The notes: a model not told the origin generated them from the letters alone. DNA of 43,438 bases from Natronohydrobacter sp. (GCA_007123015.1 SKSL01000205.1:1-43438), one strand, 5' to 3'. Shown: positions 25,548 to 36,054, numbered from the stretch's first letter. A program made the numbers and translations.

Positions 25548-26999
25548 ATGTCAACGATCATCAAAAACGGCACCATCGTCACCCATGACCTGACCTACAC
25601 CGCGGATGTGCGGGTCGAGGGCGGCAAGATCCTTGAGATCGGACCGAACCTGAGTGGCGACAGCACGCTTGACGCCACTGGCTGCTATATCATGCCCGGC
25701 GGGATCGATCCGCATACGCATCTGGAAATGCCCTTCATGGGCACTTATTCCAGCGATGATTTCGAGAGCGGCACGCGTGCGGCGCTGTCAGGCGGAACGA
25801 CGATGGTGATCGATTTCGCGCTGCCCTCGCCCGGTCAGGGGCTGATGGATGCGCTGAAGATGTGGGATAACAAATCGGGCCGCGCGCATTGCGATTACAG
25901 CTACCACATGGCGATCACCTGGTGGTCCGAGCAGGTCTTCGATGAAATGCCCGAGGCAGTCAGACGCGGGATCACAAGCTTCAAGCATTTCCTCGCCTAT
26001 AAGGGCGCGCTGATGGTGAATGATGACGAGCTGTTCGCGTCCTTCCGCCGCGTGCGCGAGGTTGGCGGCGTGGCCATGGTCCATGCTGAAAACGGCGATG
26101 TGGTGGCGGAACTCTCGGCGAAGCTACTGGCCGAAGGCAATACCGGCCCCGAAGCGCATGCCTATTCGCGGCCTTCTCAGGTCGAGGGCGAGGCCACCAA
26201 CCGCGCCATCATGATCGCCGATATGGCCGGCGTGCCGCTTTATGTGGTCCATACTTCTTGCGAGGAAGCCCATGAAGCGATCCGCCGCGCCAAGCAGAAC
26301 GGCAAGCGCGTCTGGGGCGAGCCGCTGATCCAGCATCTGACGCTCGACGAGAGCGAATATTTCCACCCCGACTGGGATCATGCTGCCCGCCGCGTCATGT
26401 CGCCGCCTTTCCGCAACAAGGCGCATCAGGACAGCCTGTGGGCCGGTCTGGCCTCCGGGACACTCTCGGCTGTGGCGACGGATCATTGCGCGTTTACCAC
26501 CGATCAGAAACGCTTTGGCCTGGGCGATTTCACCAAGATCCCCAATGGTACGGGCGGGCTGGAAGACCGGATGCCGATGCTCTGGACGAAAGGCGTGCGC
26601 ACGGGCCGCATCACGATGAATGAATTTGTGGCCGTGACCTCGACCAATATCGCCAAGATTTTCGGGATGTATCCGCGCAAGGGCGCTGTGGCCGTTGGGG
26701 CGGATGCGGATCTGGTGGTCTGGGATCCGGAAAAATCCAAGACCATCACTGCCAGCGCCCAGCAATCTGCGATTGATTACAATGTCTTCGAAGGGCACGA
26801 GGTGACCGGCCTGCCGCGCTATGTGCTCTCACGCGGACGGGTGATGGTCAAGGACGGGGCCTTTGACGGGCAGGAAGGGCATGGGAAATTCATCGAGCGC
26901 TGCCCGAACGGTCCCGTCAATCAGGCGCTTTCGACCTGGAAAGACCTGACCGCGCCGCGACCCGTTCAGCGCTCGGGCATCCCGGCGACGGGGGTCTGA
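25548..26999 (+). CDS. hydA: Dihydropyrimidinase (D-hydantoinase)
   Basis: PGGIDPHTH, SFKHF (carboxylated Lys), VHAENG, VVHTS, ATDHC motifs. Confidence 0.95.
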   Translation: MSTIIKNGTIVTHDLTYTADVRVEGGKILEIGPNLSGDSTLDATGCYIMPGGIDPHTHLEMPFMGTYSSDDFESGTRAALSGGTTMVIDFALPSPGQGLMDALKMWDNKSGRAHCDYSYHMAITWWSEQVFDEMPEAVRRGITSFKHFLAYKGALMVNDDELFASFRRVREVGGVAMVHAENGDVVAELSAKLLAEGNTGPEAHAYSRPSQVEGEATNRAIMIADMAGVPLYVVHTSCEEAHEAIRRAKQNGKRVWGEPLIQHLTLDESEYFHPDWDHAARRVMSPPFRNKAHQDSLWAGLASGTLSAVATDHCAFTTDQKRFGLGDFTKIPNGTGGLEDRMPMLWTKGVRTGRITMNEFVAVTSTNIAKIFGMYPRKGAVAVGADADLVVWDPEKSKTITASAQQSAIDYNVFEGHEVTGLPRYVLSRGRVMVKDGAFDGQEGHGKFIERCPNGPVNQALSTWKDLTAPRPVQRSGIPATGV

Positions 27000-27790
27000 T
27001 GCGCGACACCACGACCGCGCCCGTGATCTCTGCGCAGGGCCTCAATCTGATCTTTCAGACGAATGACGGCCCTGTGCATGCGCTCAAGGACGTGACGCTT
27101 GATATCGCCAAAGGCGAATTTGTCAGCTTCATCGGCCCCTCGGGCTGCGGCAAGACGACCTTTTTGCGCGTGATCGCCGATCTGGAACAGCCCACATCCG
27201 GCACGATCACCGTCAATGACATGTCGCCCGAAGCCGCGCGCAAGGCCCGCGCCTATGGCTATGTGTTCCAGGCGGCCGGGCTCTACCCGTGGCGCACGAT
27301 TGCGGGCAATATCAAGCTGCCGCTTGAAATCATGGGCTATCCGAGGGCCGAGCAGGAAGCCCGCGTCGCCAAGGTTCTTGATCTGGTCGAGCTTTCGGGT
27401 TTCGCGCGCAAATTCCCCTGGCAGCTCTCGGGCGGCATGCAGCAACGCGCTTCGATCGCGCGCGCGTTGTCTTTCGACGCCGATATCCTGCTGATGGACG
27501 AACCTTTCGGTGCGCTGGATGAAATCGTGCGCGACCGGCTGAATGAACAGTTGCTCGACCTGTGGGCGCGCACTGAAAAGACCATTGGCTTTGTCACCCA
27601 TTCCATCCCTGAAGCCGTCTATCTCTCCACCAAGATCGTGGTCATGTCCCCGCGCCCTGGCCGCATCACTGATGTGATTGACAGCCCGCTGCCGCGCATC
27701 CGCCCGCTAGAAATCCGTGACAGCCCCGAATTCATCGAGATCGCCCATCGCGTGCGCGAAGGGCTCAGGGCAGGGCATCTGGATGACTGA
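26999..27790 (+). CDS. ABC transporter ATP-binding protein (NitT/TauT family, pyrimidine uptake)
   Basis: GPSGCGKT, LSGGMQQR, LLMDEPF; TGATG overlap with hydA. Confidence 0.92.
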   Translation: MRDTTTAPVISAQGLNLIFQTNDGPVHALKDVTLDIAKGEFVSFIGPSGCGKTTFLRVIADLEQPTSGTITVNDMSPEAARKARAYGYVFQAAGLYPWRTIAGNIKLPLEIMGYPRAEQEARVAKVLDLVELSGFARKFPWQLSGGMQQRASIARALSFDADILLMDEPFGALDEIVRDRLNEQLLDLWARTEKTIGFVTHSIPEAVYLSTKIVVMSPRPGRITDVIDSPLPRIRPLEIRDSPEFIEIAHRVREGLRAGHLDD

Positions 27791-27794
27791 GCCT

Positions 27795-27857
27795 GCATTT
27801 TCTTGCTGCAAATACTCCGGGGGGAGGGCCCGCAGGGACCGGGGGGCAGCGCCCCCC
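27795..27857 (-). repeat. Extragenic double-hairpin repeat, copy 2 (divergent, inside the ABC operon)
   Basis: Minus strand GGGGGGCGCTGCCCCCC-GGTCCCTGCGGGCCCT-CCCCCCGGAGTATTTGCAGCAAGAAAATG; same architecture as copies 1 and 3. Confidence 0.65.
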
Positions 27858-27874
27858 CTGCCAGCGTGATCCCC

Positions 27875-28771
27875 ATGCGCAACATCTTCCCAGTGCTCGC
27901 TGTCACAGCCTTTCTCATCGCGCTTTGGTATGCCGCAGTGATCCCGATGAATGCGCAATGGACGCAGGATCAGGCTCGCCGTGCCGGACAGGATCTGTCT
28001 TTTGCCGAACTGGTTACCGATACCATGTCACAAGCCCGTCCGCGCCTGCCCGCCCCGCATCAGGTCGCGCAAGAGTTGTGGAATTCGACCGTGGTCGAGG
28101 AAATGACCGGGCGGCGCGGTTTCATGAATACGGGCAGCCTGTCCAATCGCAGCCTGATCTATCACGGCTGGGTCACGCTTTCGGCCACGCTTCTGGGCTT
28201 TGCCATCGGATCCGCTTTGGGCATCACGCTGGCTATTGGCATTGTTCATAACCGCGCGATGGATGCGAGCGTCATGCCTTGGGCGATTGCCAGCCAGACC
28301 ATCCCGATACTCGCCATAGCACCGATGATTATCGTGGTGCTGAATGCAATCGGTATCACTGGCCTGATCCCGAAAGCGATCATCTCGACCTATCTCAGTT
28401 TCTTCCCGGTCGTCGTCGGAATGGTCAAGGGGTTGCGCGCGCCGGACCAGATGCAGCTTGATCTGATGAAGACCTACAGCGCCTCTGGCGGGCAGGTCTT
28501 TGCGAAACTGCGCTGGCCCTCGGCCATGCCGTATCTTTTTGCGTCCCTCAAAGTGGCGATTGCCGCTGCCTTGGTGGGGGCGATTGTGGCTGAATTGCCG
28601 ACAGGGGCCTCGGCAGGCTTGGGGGCGCGGCTGCTTTCGGGCAGCTATTTCGGCCAGACGCTGCAAATCTGGTCTGCACTTTTCGCAGCAGCGATCCTTG
28701 CTGCCAGCATGGTGGCGCTGATCGGGCTTGTTCAACGGATCGCGCTCAAGCGGATGGGGATGGCTGCATGA
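27875..28771 (+). CDS. ABC transporter permease
   Basis: Hydrophobic; SQTIPILAIAP, EAA-like region LDLMKTYSAS...KLRWP, GAIVAE; start uncertain (no clear SD). Confidence 0.88.
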   Translation: MRNIFPVLAVTAFLIALWYAAVIPMNAQWTQDQARRAGQDLSFAELVTDTMSQARPRLPAPHQVAQELWNSTVVEEMTGRRGFMNTGSLSNRSLIYHGWVTLSATLLGFAIGSALGITLAIGIVHNRAMDASVMPWAIASQTIPILAIAPMIIVVLNAIGITGLIPKAIISTYLSFFPVVVGMVKGLRAPDQMQLDLMKTYSASGGQVFAKLRWPSAMPYLFASLKVAIAAALVGAIVAELPTGASAGLGARLLSGSYFGQTLQIWSALFAAAILAASMVALIGLVQRIALKRMGMAA

Positions 28772-29889
28772 CTGTGTTGCAGCAAACCGGGGCGCTGCAA
28801 GCGTTGGGCGTTGCCTTGGCAACGACCGTTGCGTTGCTCGCTGGTGGCATCGCGCAGGCGCCCGCGCAGGTCATGCTGGCGCTGACCGCGTCCTGTGGGG
28901 TCTTCGTGATCAATTATCTGCTTGGCTGGGTTCAGCGCGGCCCTGCCTATCTGAACCTGCTGGTCCTGCTGGTCATTTTCACCAATCTCTGGATCGCGGC
29001 CCTGGCACTTTCCGCGGCACCTGATGCTGCGCTCTGGGTTGGCGCGTCTACAGTGGCCATCTGGCTTCTGGCCTGGTGGTTGGTGGCGCAACTGGCTGAT
29101 CTGCCTTCGCGCAAAGGCGTGCTTGGGCTTGGACAAGCGTTGCTTGCGCCGTTCCTGTTTGGCGCGACCCTGCTGTGGCTCTGGGAATTGACCGTGCGCG
29201 CGCTTGATGTGCCGCGCGTGATCCTGCCTGCCCCCTCAGCCATCTGGGACCGTATCCTACGCTCGACCGATATCCTGTGGATCGACTTCGTGCAGACTTT
29301 CGTCAAAGGCGCGCTGTCGGGTTATGCCATCGGGGTGGGCGCGGCCCTGGTCTTTGCGCTTGCTGTGGACCGCTCTGATTTCCTGCGCCGGGGACTGTTG
29401 CCAGTGGGCAATTTTCTGGCAGCGCTGCCGATCATCGGCACGGCCCCGATCATGGTCATGTGGTTCGGGTTTGACTGGCCGTCCAAGGCGGCTGTGGTGG
29501 TTGCGATGGTGTTTTTTCCGATGCTGGTCAACACAGTACAGGGGCTGGCCGCGACCGAGGCGATGCAGCGCGACCTGATGCGCACTTATAACGCAAGCTG
29601 GTCCCAATCGCTGATCAAGTTGCGCTTGCCGGCTGCGATGCCCTTCATCTTCAACGGGCTGAAAATCGCGTCGACGCTGGCCTTGATCGGGGCAATCGTT
29701 GCTGAATTTTTTGGCTCTCCGACGCGCGGGATGGGGTTTCGTATCTCGACCGAAGTGGGGCGCTTGCAACTGGATATGGTCTGGGCCGAAATTGCCGTGG
29801 CAGCCCTTGCAGGGTCGCTGTTTTACGGCGTGATCGCGCTGGTGGAACGAGGGGTGACGTTCTGGCACCCGTCGCAACGCGGGCGCTAA
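28768..29889 (+). CDS. ABC transporter permease
   Basis: Hydrophobic; ILPAPSAI, DLMRTYNAS...KLRLPAAMP, GAIVAEFFG; ATGA overlap. Confidence 0.9.
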   Translation: MTVLQQTGALQALGVALATTVALLAGGIAQAPAQVMLALTASCGVFVINYLLGWVQRGPAYLNLLVLLVIFTNLWIAALALSAAPDAALWVGASTVAIWLLAWWLVAQLADLPSRKGVLGLGQALLAPFLFGATLLWLWELTVRALDVPRVILPAPSAIWDRILRSTDILWIDFVQTFVKGALSGYAIGVGAALVFALAVDRSDFLRRGLLPVGNFLAALPIIGTAPIMVMWFGFDWPSKAAVVVAMVFFPMLVNTVQGLAATEAMQRDLMRTYNASWSQSLIKLRLPAAMPFIFNGLKIASTLALIGAIVAEFFGSPTRGMGFRISTEVGRLQLDMVWAEIAVAALAGSLFYGVIALVERGVTFWHPSQRGR

Positions 29890-29933
29890 TATCCTGAGAC
29901 CCGATAATGGGCCAGGCAACTTGGAGGTGGAAA

Positions 29934-30923
29934 ATGAAGAAAACGGTATACGGGTCAGTTGCGGCCCTGGGGCTGGGCATGGCCCCTGCTGCATGGGCGC
30001 TGGATGATGTGACCTTGCAGCTGAAATGGGTCACGCAGGCGCAATTCGCGGGCTATTATGTTGCACTTGAGAACGGCTACTTCGAGGAAGAAGGCCTGAA
30101 TGTCACCATCCGCCCGGGTGGCCCCGATATCGCGCCGCCGCAGGTCATCGCAGGTGGCGGGGCCGATGTCATCGTCGAGTGGATGCCCGCCGCTCTGGCC
30201 GCGCGCGAAAACGGTCTGCCGCTGGTGAATATCGCCCAGCCCTTCAAGCGTTCGGGCATGATGCTGACCTGCCTCGCGGAAACCGGGATCACCAGCCCCG
30301 AGGATTTCCCGGGCCGCACGCTGGGCGTGTGGTTCTTCGGTAATGAATTCCCGTTCCTAAGTTGGATGAGCACGCTTGGCATCCCGACCGAAGGTGGCGA
30401 GGACGGTGTCGAAGTGCTGCGGCAGGGCTTCAATGTGGACCCGCTCTTGCAGCGGCAGGCCGATTGCATCTCGACCATGACCTATAACGAGTTCTGGCAG
30501 GTGATCGACGCAGGCATCTCTGAGGACGAGCTTGTGACCTTCAAATATGAAGATCAGGGCGTCGCCACGCTGGAAGACGGGCTTTGGGTCATGGAAAATC
30601 GGCTGGAAGATCCGGAGTTCGTGGACAAGATGGCCCGCTTCGTGCGCGCCTCGATGCGCGGCTGGGAATGGGCAGCCGAGAATGTCGAGGACGCCGCGAT
30701 GATCGTGCTCGAATTTGACGACACGGGCGCGCAGACTGAAGAGCATCAGATCCGCATGATGGGTGAAGTTGCACTGCTGATCGAGGGCTCGGATGGGACG
30801 CTTTCGATCGAAGACGCAGAGCGCACAGTCGCAACGCTGCTGGCCGGTGGTTCTGACCCGGTGATCACAGCGGCCCCAGAGGGCGCCTGGAGTTCTGCTG
30901 TGACGGATGCCGCGCTCAACTGA
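29934..30923 (+). CDS. ABC substrate-binding protein (NMT1/THI5-like, pyrimidine)
   Basis: GGAGG SD; signal peptide ending AWA; LQLKWVTQAQFAGYYVA motif. Confidence 0.9.
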   Translation: MKKTVYGSVAALGLGMAPAAWALDDVTLQLKWVTQAQFAGYYVALENGYFEEEGLNVTIRPGGPDIAPPQVIAGGGADVIVEWMPAALAARENGLPLVNIAQPFKRSGMMLTCLAETGITSPEDFPGRTLGVWFFGNEFPFLSWMSTLGIPTEGGEDGVEVLRQGFNVDPLLQRQADCISTMTYNEFWQVIDAGISEDELVTFKYEDQGVATLEDGLWVMENRLEDPEFVDKMARFVRASMRGWEWAAENVEDAAMIVLEFDDTGAQTEEHQIRMMGEVALLIEGSDGTLSIEDAERTVATLLAGGSDPVITAAPEGAWSSAVTDAALN

Positions 30924-30941
30924 GCAACGACAGGATTTTAC

Positions 30942-30970
30942 AAGGCCCCGCAGCGCAGCGGGGCCTTTTT
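30942..30970 (+). terminator. Rho-independent terminator of the pyrimidine operon
   Basis: AAGGCCCCGC-AGCGCA-GCGGGGCCTT followed by T tract; between convergent genes. Confidence 0.85.
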
Positions 30971-30976
30971 CCATGT

Positions 30977-33538
30977 TCACTCCAGCATCCGGCCGACCAT
31001 TTCGCTCATGTCGCGGCTCAGCCCGGGATGGTCCATGATCCGTTCCAGTTCCGCCCGGATCAGGTTCTGGCGTTGGCTGTCATAGCGCCGCCAGGTCTCG
31101 AACAGGGTCGAGACGCGGGCCGCGGCTTGCGGGTTCGCCCCATCGAGCCGGATCAGCCAGTCTGCAACCAGTTTGTAGCTCGCGCCATCTTTGGCATGAA
31201 AGCCTGCCGGATTCGTGCCCAAGGCCCCGATCACCGAGCGGAACCGGTTGGGGTTCTTCCAGTCGAAATCAGCATGCTCGGTCAGTGACAGGGCAAGGCT
31301 TGCTGCGTGTTCGGGTGCGGAAAGGGACACCTGCGCGGCGAACCATTTATCGAGAACCAGCCGGTCGCTGGCCCATTGGCGGTAGAATTGCGCCGTTTCG
31401 GCATCAGCCGCCCCGATGGCCAGCAGTGCGCCCCAGGCACCCAACTGTTCGGTCATGTTATTGGCCGTTGCGAAGATCTCGCGCGCTTTTGCGCCGCCAT
31501 CGACGCGCGCGAGCATCCCCACGGCCTGCACGCGCAAGGCGCGGCGGCCCGCATCGCGGGCATCGGCGCTATAGGGGCCGGGGGTCTGCATCTGCGAAAT
31601 CACCAGCGCCAGATCGGGCGCGAGGGCTTCGGCGATGATCTGCAGCGCCTCGCATCGGGCGAGATAGATCACATCCGGGTCTGGCGTTTCGCCTGCATCA
31701 AAGAGAGCGCTCGCCAGATCATCCTGTGAAGGCAGACCAAGCGCGAGCGCGCGGAAGGCCGGGTCGAGCGCGTCATCGCGCAGCATCCGGCGCAGGGCAT
31801 CCAGATAGACAGGCCCCGGTTTCGCGCCCTCGCGGATCATTGCAAGCAGAATGTCACGTGCGAGCGCGCGGCCTGCTTCAAAGCGGTTCACAGGGTCTGT
31901 GTCATGGGCCAGCATCAGCGCGCGATCCTCATTCGAGAGCGCGTGGTGCAGGATCACGGGCGCAGAAACCCCACGCAGGAGCGAGGCGACAGGCGGCGCA
32001 TCCAGCCCGTCGAAGGTGAAGCTTTGCTCGGGGCTGTCCAGTTCCAGAACCTGCGTCGGCAGAAGTTCCTGACCGTCACGGCTGATCAGCCCCATGGCGA
32101 CCGGGATCAGAAGCGGCTCTTTCAGTGGCTGGCCGGGGGTGGGGGGCGTGTGCTGGCGCAGGGTCAAGGTATAGCGCCCGTCCTGCCAATCTTCGGTGAC
32201 GTCAATGCGCGGGGTGCCCGCCTGCCCATACCAGCGCTTGAATTGCGACAGATCCCGGCCTGCAGCTTCCTCGAAGACAGCGATCCAGTCCTCGATGGTG
32301 CAGGCCTGCCCGTCATGGCGGGTGAAATACAGGTCCAGCGCCGTCCTGTAGCGGTCTTCGCCGACCAGAAGCTGCAGCATGCGGATCAGTTCCGCGCCTT
32401 TTTCATAGACGGTCGCCGTGTAGAAATTGTTGATCTCGACATAGCTTTCGGGCCGCACCGGATGCGCGAGCGGGCCTGCATCTTCTCGGAACTGACGGGC
32501 GCGTAGTGTCAACACATCTTCGATCCGCTTGACAGCATGGCTGCGCATATCGCCCATGAATTGCTGGTCGCGAAAGACCGTCAGCCCTTCTTTCAGCGAC
32601 AGCTGGAACCAGTCGCGACAGGTGATGCGATTGCCGGTCCAGTTGTGGAAATATTCATGCGCGATGATGCGCTCGATGCTGGCATAATTGCTGTCGGTCG
32701 CGGTTTCGGGCGAGGCCAGCACATAAGCCGAATTGAAGATATTCAGCCCCTTGTTCTCCATCGCGCCCATGTTGAAATCATCAACGGCTACAATGTTGAA
32801 CTGATCAAGGTCATAGGCGCGCCCATAGACCTGCTCATCCCAGAGCATCGAGCGTTTGAGCGCTTCCATCGCATAGCCGGTCTTGCCCTCATCGCCGGGG
32901 CGAACCCAGATATTCAGCGCCACATCACGACCGTCCATGGTGCGGAACTGGTCGCGCGTAGCGACCAGATCGCCTGCCACGAGCGCGAACAGGTAGCTTG
33001 GTTTGGGATGCGGGTCGTGCCACTCGGCCCAGCCTTCGCCGGATGCCGTGAGATTGCCATTGGACAAGAGCACAGGCAGATCCGCCTCGATCCGCACACG
33101 GAACGGGGCCATCACATCGGGGCGATCAGGGTAGAAGGTGATCTTGCGAAAGCCCTCGGCTTCGCATTGCGTGCAATACATTGCGCGCGACATATAGAGC
33201 CCTTCCAGCGCAGTGTTGCCCTCAGGTGTGATCTCGACTTCTGTTTCCAGAGTGAAACGACCCTCTGGCAGATCCTCGGCCGGAACGGTCAGGCCGGTGG
33301 CATCGGGCCGGGCGGAAAGGGGTTTGCCGTCAAGCGTGAGTGCGATGAGAGCCAGCTCCTCGCCATCGAGGCGCAGGTCATGACCGGGAGGACTGGCCGG
33401 GTTGCGGCGGAACTGGATCCGCGCAAAGACGCGCGTCCTCTGGGGGGCGAGGGTAAAGGTCAGGTCAACGTCGTCGACCAGAAAGGCAGGTGGCTGGTAA
33501 TCGGCCAGATGGATGGGATATGGGCTGGTGTCGCACAT
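30977..33538 (-). CDS. pepN: Aminopeptidase N (M1)
   Basis: TQCEAEGFR, GAMEN, HEYFH...LKEG (HExxH-18-E), NFYTATVYEKG; AGGAGG SD before ATG 33538. Confidence 0.97.
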   Translation of the reverse strand: MCDTSPYPIHLADYQPPAFLVDDVDLTFTLAPQRTRVFARIQFRRNPASPPGHDLRLDGEELALIALTLDGKPLSARPDATGLTVPAEDLPEGRFTLETEVEITPEGNTALEGLYMSRAMYCTQCEAEGFRKITFYPDRPDVMAPFRVRIEADLPVLLSNGNLTASGEGWAEWHDPHPKPSYLFALVAGDLVATRDQFRTMDGRDVALNIWVRPGDEGKTGYAMEALKRSMLWDEQVYGRAYDLDQFNIVAVDDFNMGAMENKGLNIFNSAYVLASPETATDSNYASIERIIAHEYFHNWTGNRITCRDWFQLSLKEGLTVFRDQQFMGDMRSHAVKRIEDVLTLRARQFREDAGPLAHPVRPESYVEINNFYTATVYEKGAELIRMLQLLVGEDRYRTALDLYFTRHDGQACTIEDWIAVFEEAAGRDLSQFKRWYGQAGTPRIDVTEDWQDGRYTLTLRQHTPPTPGQPLKEPLLIPVAMGLISRDGQELLPTQVLELDSPEQSFTFDGLDAPPVASLLRGVSAPVILHHALSNEDRALMLAHDTDPVNRFEAGRALARDILLAMIREGAKPGPVYLDALRRMLRDDALDPAFRALALGLPSQDDLASALFDAGETPDPDVIYLARCEALQIIAEALAPDLALVISQMQTPGPYSADARDAGRRALRVQAVGMLARVDGGAKAREIFATANNMTEQLGAWGALLAIGAADAETAQFYRQWASDRLVLDKWFAAQVSLSAPEHAASLALSLTEHADFDWKNPNRFRSVIGALGTNPAGFHAKDGASYKLVADWLIRLDGANPQAAARVSTLFETWRRYDSQRQNLIRAELERIMDHPGLSRDMSEMVGRMLE

Positions 33539-33608
33539 CGGGCCCTCCTGCAGGCATGGCGGTTTTGCGCAAGATGTAGCTTGCACCGCCATTCGGGGCA
33601 ATCCGCCA

Positions 33609-33638
33609 GTAAGGTGCGTGCTGCAGCACGCACCCTAC
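33609..33638 (-). repeat. GTAG-family REP, copy C
   Basis: GTAAGGTGCGTGCTGCAGCACGCACCCTAC, 30-bp near-perfect palindrome, 10 nt past the CAP gene stop. Confidence 0.8.
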
Positions 33639-33648
33639 GCCTGGTCGC

Positions 33649-34095
33649 TCAGCATTGTGCTGCAAAAACCTGCACCCAATGCGCGTCCGGGCCGCGCCCG
33701 AAACCTGCAATGCGAAATCGCCTGTCCAGAATGTTGCGCCGGTGCCCGGGTGAGCGCATCCAGCTATCCATGACAGTTGGCACGTCGCGCTGTCCCCTCG
33801 CGATATTCTCGCCCAATGTGCACAGATCCGTGGATCCGGCACGCCGCGCGCGGTCCATCATCCCCGCGCCCTCGGGCGTGGTATGGCTGAAAAACCCACG
33901 CTGCGCCATGTCACAGGCATGCGCCTGTGCAATCGCGTTCAGCGCAGGCGAGAGTGTCATGGGCGCGCGTCCCGCCTTGCGCCGCTCTGCATTCACAGCC
34001 GCGAGATGGATCTCCAGTTCGGCAGCGGGCGGGGTCGGGCAGGCCAGCAAAGGCGTAGCAAGCAACAGACAGAACAGAAAAAGCGCGCGGATCAT
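33649..34095 (-). CDS. Secreted CAP (SCP/PR-1) domain protein
   Basis: Signal peptide (possible lipobox LLAC); VNAER, AHACDM, FFSH, GENIA, WMRSPGHRRNIL; GGAGG 6 nt before ATG 34095. Confidence 0.9.
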   Translation of the reverse strand: MIRALFLFCLLLATPLLACPTPPAAELEIHLAAVNAERRKAGRAPMTLSPALNAIAQAHACDMAQRGFFSHTTPEGAGMMDRARRAGSTDLCTLGENIARGQRDVPTVMDSWMRSPGHRRNILDRRFRIAGFGRGPDAHWVQVFAAQC

Positions 34096-34197
34096 CAACA
34101 TCCTCCATCTTTTGCCTCGTCATGCGGTTGCCGTGTCCGGAAAGCAAGCCATCATCGTGGCGTGACCCGATCTGTTCTGGCGAAACCCTGCCCATGC

Positions 34198-34226
34198 TTG
34201 CACCTTCCCGGTCATCCCGCTACACG
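34198..34226 (+). promoter_or_regulatory. Putative sigma70 promoter of gatCA
   Basis: TTGCAC-17 nt-TACACG, same pattern as the tRNA-His promoter. Confidence 0.4.
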
Positions 34227-34261
34227 CGCGGAAAAGCCTTCTGACAGCCCCCGGAGAGCCC

Positions 34262-34552
34262 ATGTCCGAGATCGACTTAGACACTGCGCGCAAAGTGGCC
34301 CATCTGGCCCGGATTGCCGTCCCTGATGAAAACCTGCCCGCTTTGGCGCAGGAACTCAGCCAGATGCTCGACTTCATGGAGCAGTTGAACGAGGTCGATA
34401 TCGACGGGGTGGATCCGATGACCTCGGTCACGCCGATGCGACTGAAACGGCGGCGCGATGGGGTCACGGATGGTGATCAGCAGGCGAAAATCCTGTCCAA
34501 TGCGCCCGATGCGCGCGAAGGTTTCTTTGCTGTGCCGAAGGTGGTGGAATGA
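34262..34552 (+). CDS. gatC: Asp/Glu-tRNA amidotransferase subunit C
   Basis: KVAHLARI...EQLNEVD...NAP...FFAVPKVVE. Confidence 0.96.
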   Translation: MSEIDLDTARKVAHLARIAVPDENLPALAQELSQMLDFMEQLNEVDIDGVDPMTSVTPMRLKRRRDGVTDGDQQAKILSNAPDAREGFFAVPKVVE

Positions 34553-36030
34553 GCGCGCTGAACAGATTGACGATTACCGAAGCACGCGACTTGCTGCGCA
34601 AGGGTGAAGTGAGTGCAGTCGCGCTGACCGAAGCCTGCCTTGGTGCGATTCAAGGCGCGGGCAAGCTGAATGCGTTTGTCCATCACACGCCGGACCTGGC
34701 TCTGGAGCGGGCGAAGGCCGCAGATGCGCGGCTTGCAAGCGGCGATGCGCCAGCGATGTGCGGGATCCCTTTGGGCATCAAGGATCTGTTCTGCACGCAA
34801 GGTGTCGCCAGCCAGGCGGCCTCGCGCATCCTGGATGGCTTCAAGCCCCAATATGAATCCACTGTCTCAGCGCAGTTGCGCGATGCCGGCGCAGTGATTC
34901 TCGGCAAGCTGAACATGGACGAATTCGCCATGGGCTCCAGCAACGAGACCTCGGTCTATGGCAATGCCGTGAACCCTTGGAAAGTGGACGCGCGCGATCT
35001 GACACCGGGCGGGTCTTCGGGCGGCTCGGCTGCGGCTGTCGCGGCGGACCTCTGTCTGGCCGCGACCGGCACGGATACGGGCGGGTCAATCCGCCAGCCT
35101 GCGGCTTTTACTGGCACGGTCGGAATCAAGCCCACCTATGGGCGCTGCTCGCGCTGGGGGATCGTGGCCTTCGCCTCAAGCCTTGATCAGGCCGGGCCGA
35201 TGACCAAGACCGTGCGCGATGCGGCGATCATGCTGGAAGCCATGTGCGGGCATGACCCGAAGGATTCGACCAGCGCTGACCTGCCCGTGCCGGATTTCGA
35301 GGCGCTGCTCACCGGCGATATCCGTGGCCAGAAAATCGGCATCCCGCGCGAATACCGTATGGAGGGCATGCCCGCCGAGATCGAGGCCCTCTGGGCACGC
35401 GGGGCCGAAATGCTGCGCGATGCGGGCGCCGAGATCGTCGATATCTCGCTGCCGCATACGAAATACGCGCTGCCCGCTTACTATGTGATTGCACCGGCTG
35501 AGGCGTCCTCGAATCTCGCGCGCTATGACGGGGTGCGCTACGGGCATCGCGCCAAGCTTGCGCTGGGCGACGGCATCACGCAGATGTATGAAAAGACCCG
35601 CGCCGAGGGTTTCGGGCATGAAGTCCAGCGCCGCGTGATGATCGGGACCTATGTGTTGTCCGCCGGCTTCTACGACGCCTATTACAACCGCGCGCGCAAG
35701 GTCCGGACATTGATCAAGCGCGATTTCGAGCAGGCTTTTGCCACTGGGATCGACGCGATCCTGACGCCAGCGACGCCCTCCAGCGCTTTCGGTCTGGGCG
35801 AGATGGCGGAAGCGGATCCCGTGCAGATGTATCTCAATGACGTTTTCACTGTGACGGTCAATCTGGCCGGGTTGCCGGGGATTGCCGTGCCTGCAGGGCT
35901 GGATGCGCAGGGCTTGCCGCTGGGATTGCAGCTGATCGGGCGGCCTTGGGAAGAAGCTGCGTTGCTCAACACAGCACAGGTTCTTGAAAGCGCTGCGGGT
36001 TTTGTTTCCAAGCCGGAGAAATGGTGGTAA
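34549..36030 (+). CDS. gatA: Asp/Glu-tRNA amidotransferase subunit A
   Basis: Amidase signature [48 protein letters not shown]. Confidence 0.97.
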   Translation: MSALNRLTITEARDLLRKGEVSAVALTEACLGAIQGAGKLNAFVHHTPDLALERAKAADARLASGDAPAMCGIPLGIKDLFCTQGVASQAASRILDGFKPQYESTVSAQLRDAGAVILGKLNMDEFAMGSSNETSVYGNAVNPWKVDARDLTPGGSSGGSAAAVAADLCLAATGTDTGGSIRQPAAFTGTVGIKPTYGRCSRWGIVAFASSLDQAGPMTKTVRDAAIMLEAMCGHDPKDSTSADLPVPDFEALLTGDIRGQKIGIPREYRMEGMPAEIEALWARGAEMLRDAGAEIVDISLPHTKYALPAYYVIAPAEASSNLARYDGVRYGHRAKLALGDGITQMYEKTRAEGFGHEVQRRVMIGTYVLSAGFYDAYYNRARKVRTLIKRDFEQAFATGIDAILTPATPSSAFGLGEMAEADPVQMYLNDVFTVTVNLAGLPGIAVPAGLDAQGLPLGLQLIGRPWEEAALLNTAQVLESAAGFVSKPEKWW

Positions 36031-36054
36031 TATCAGTAGAAATGAGATGAGGCA

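Noticed and set aside
32537-34165. 542-aa plus-strand ORF opposite pepN/CAP (likewise 555-1802, 4291-5523, 14727-15905, 19536-20969)
   Set aside because: Shadow frames of well-supported genes on the other strand
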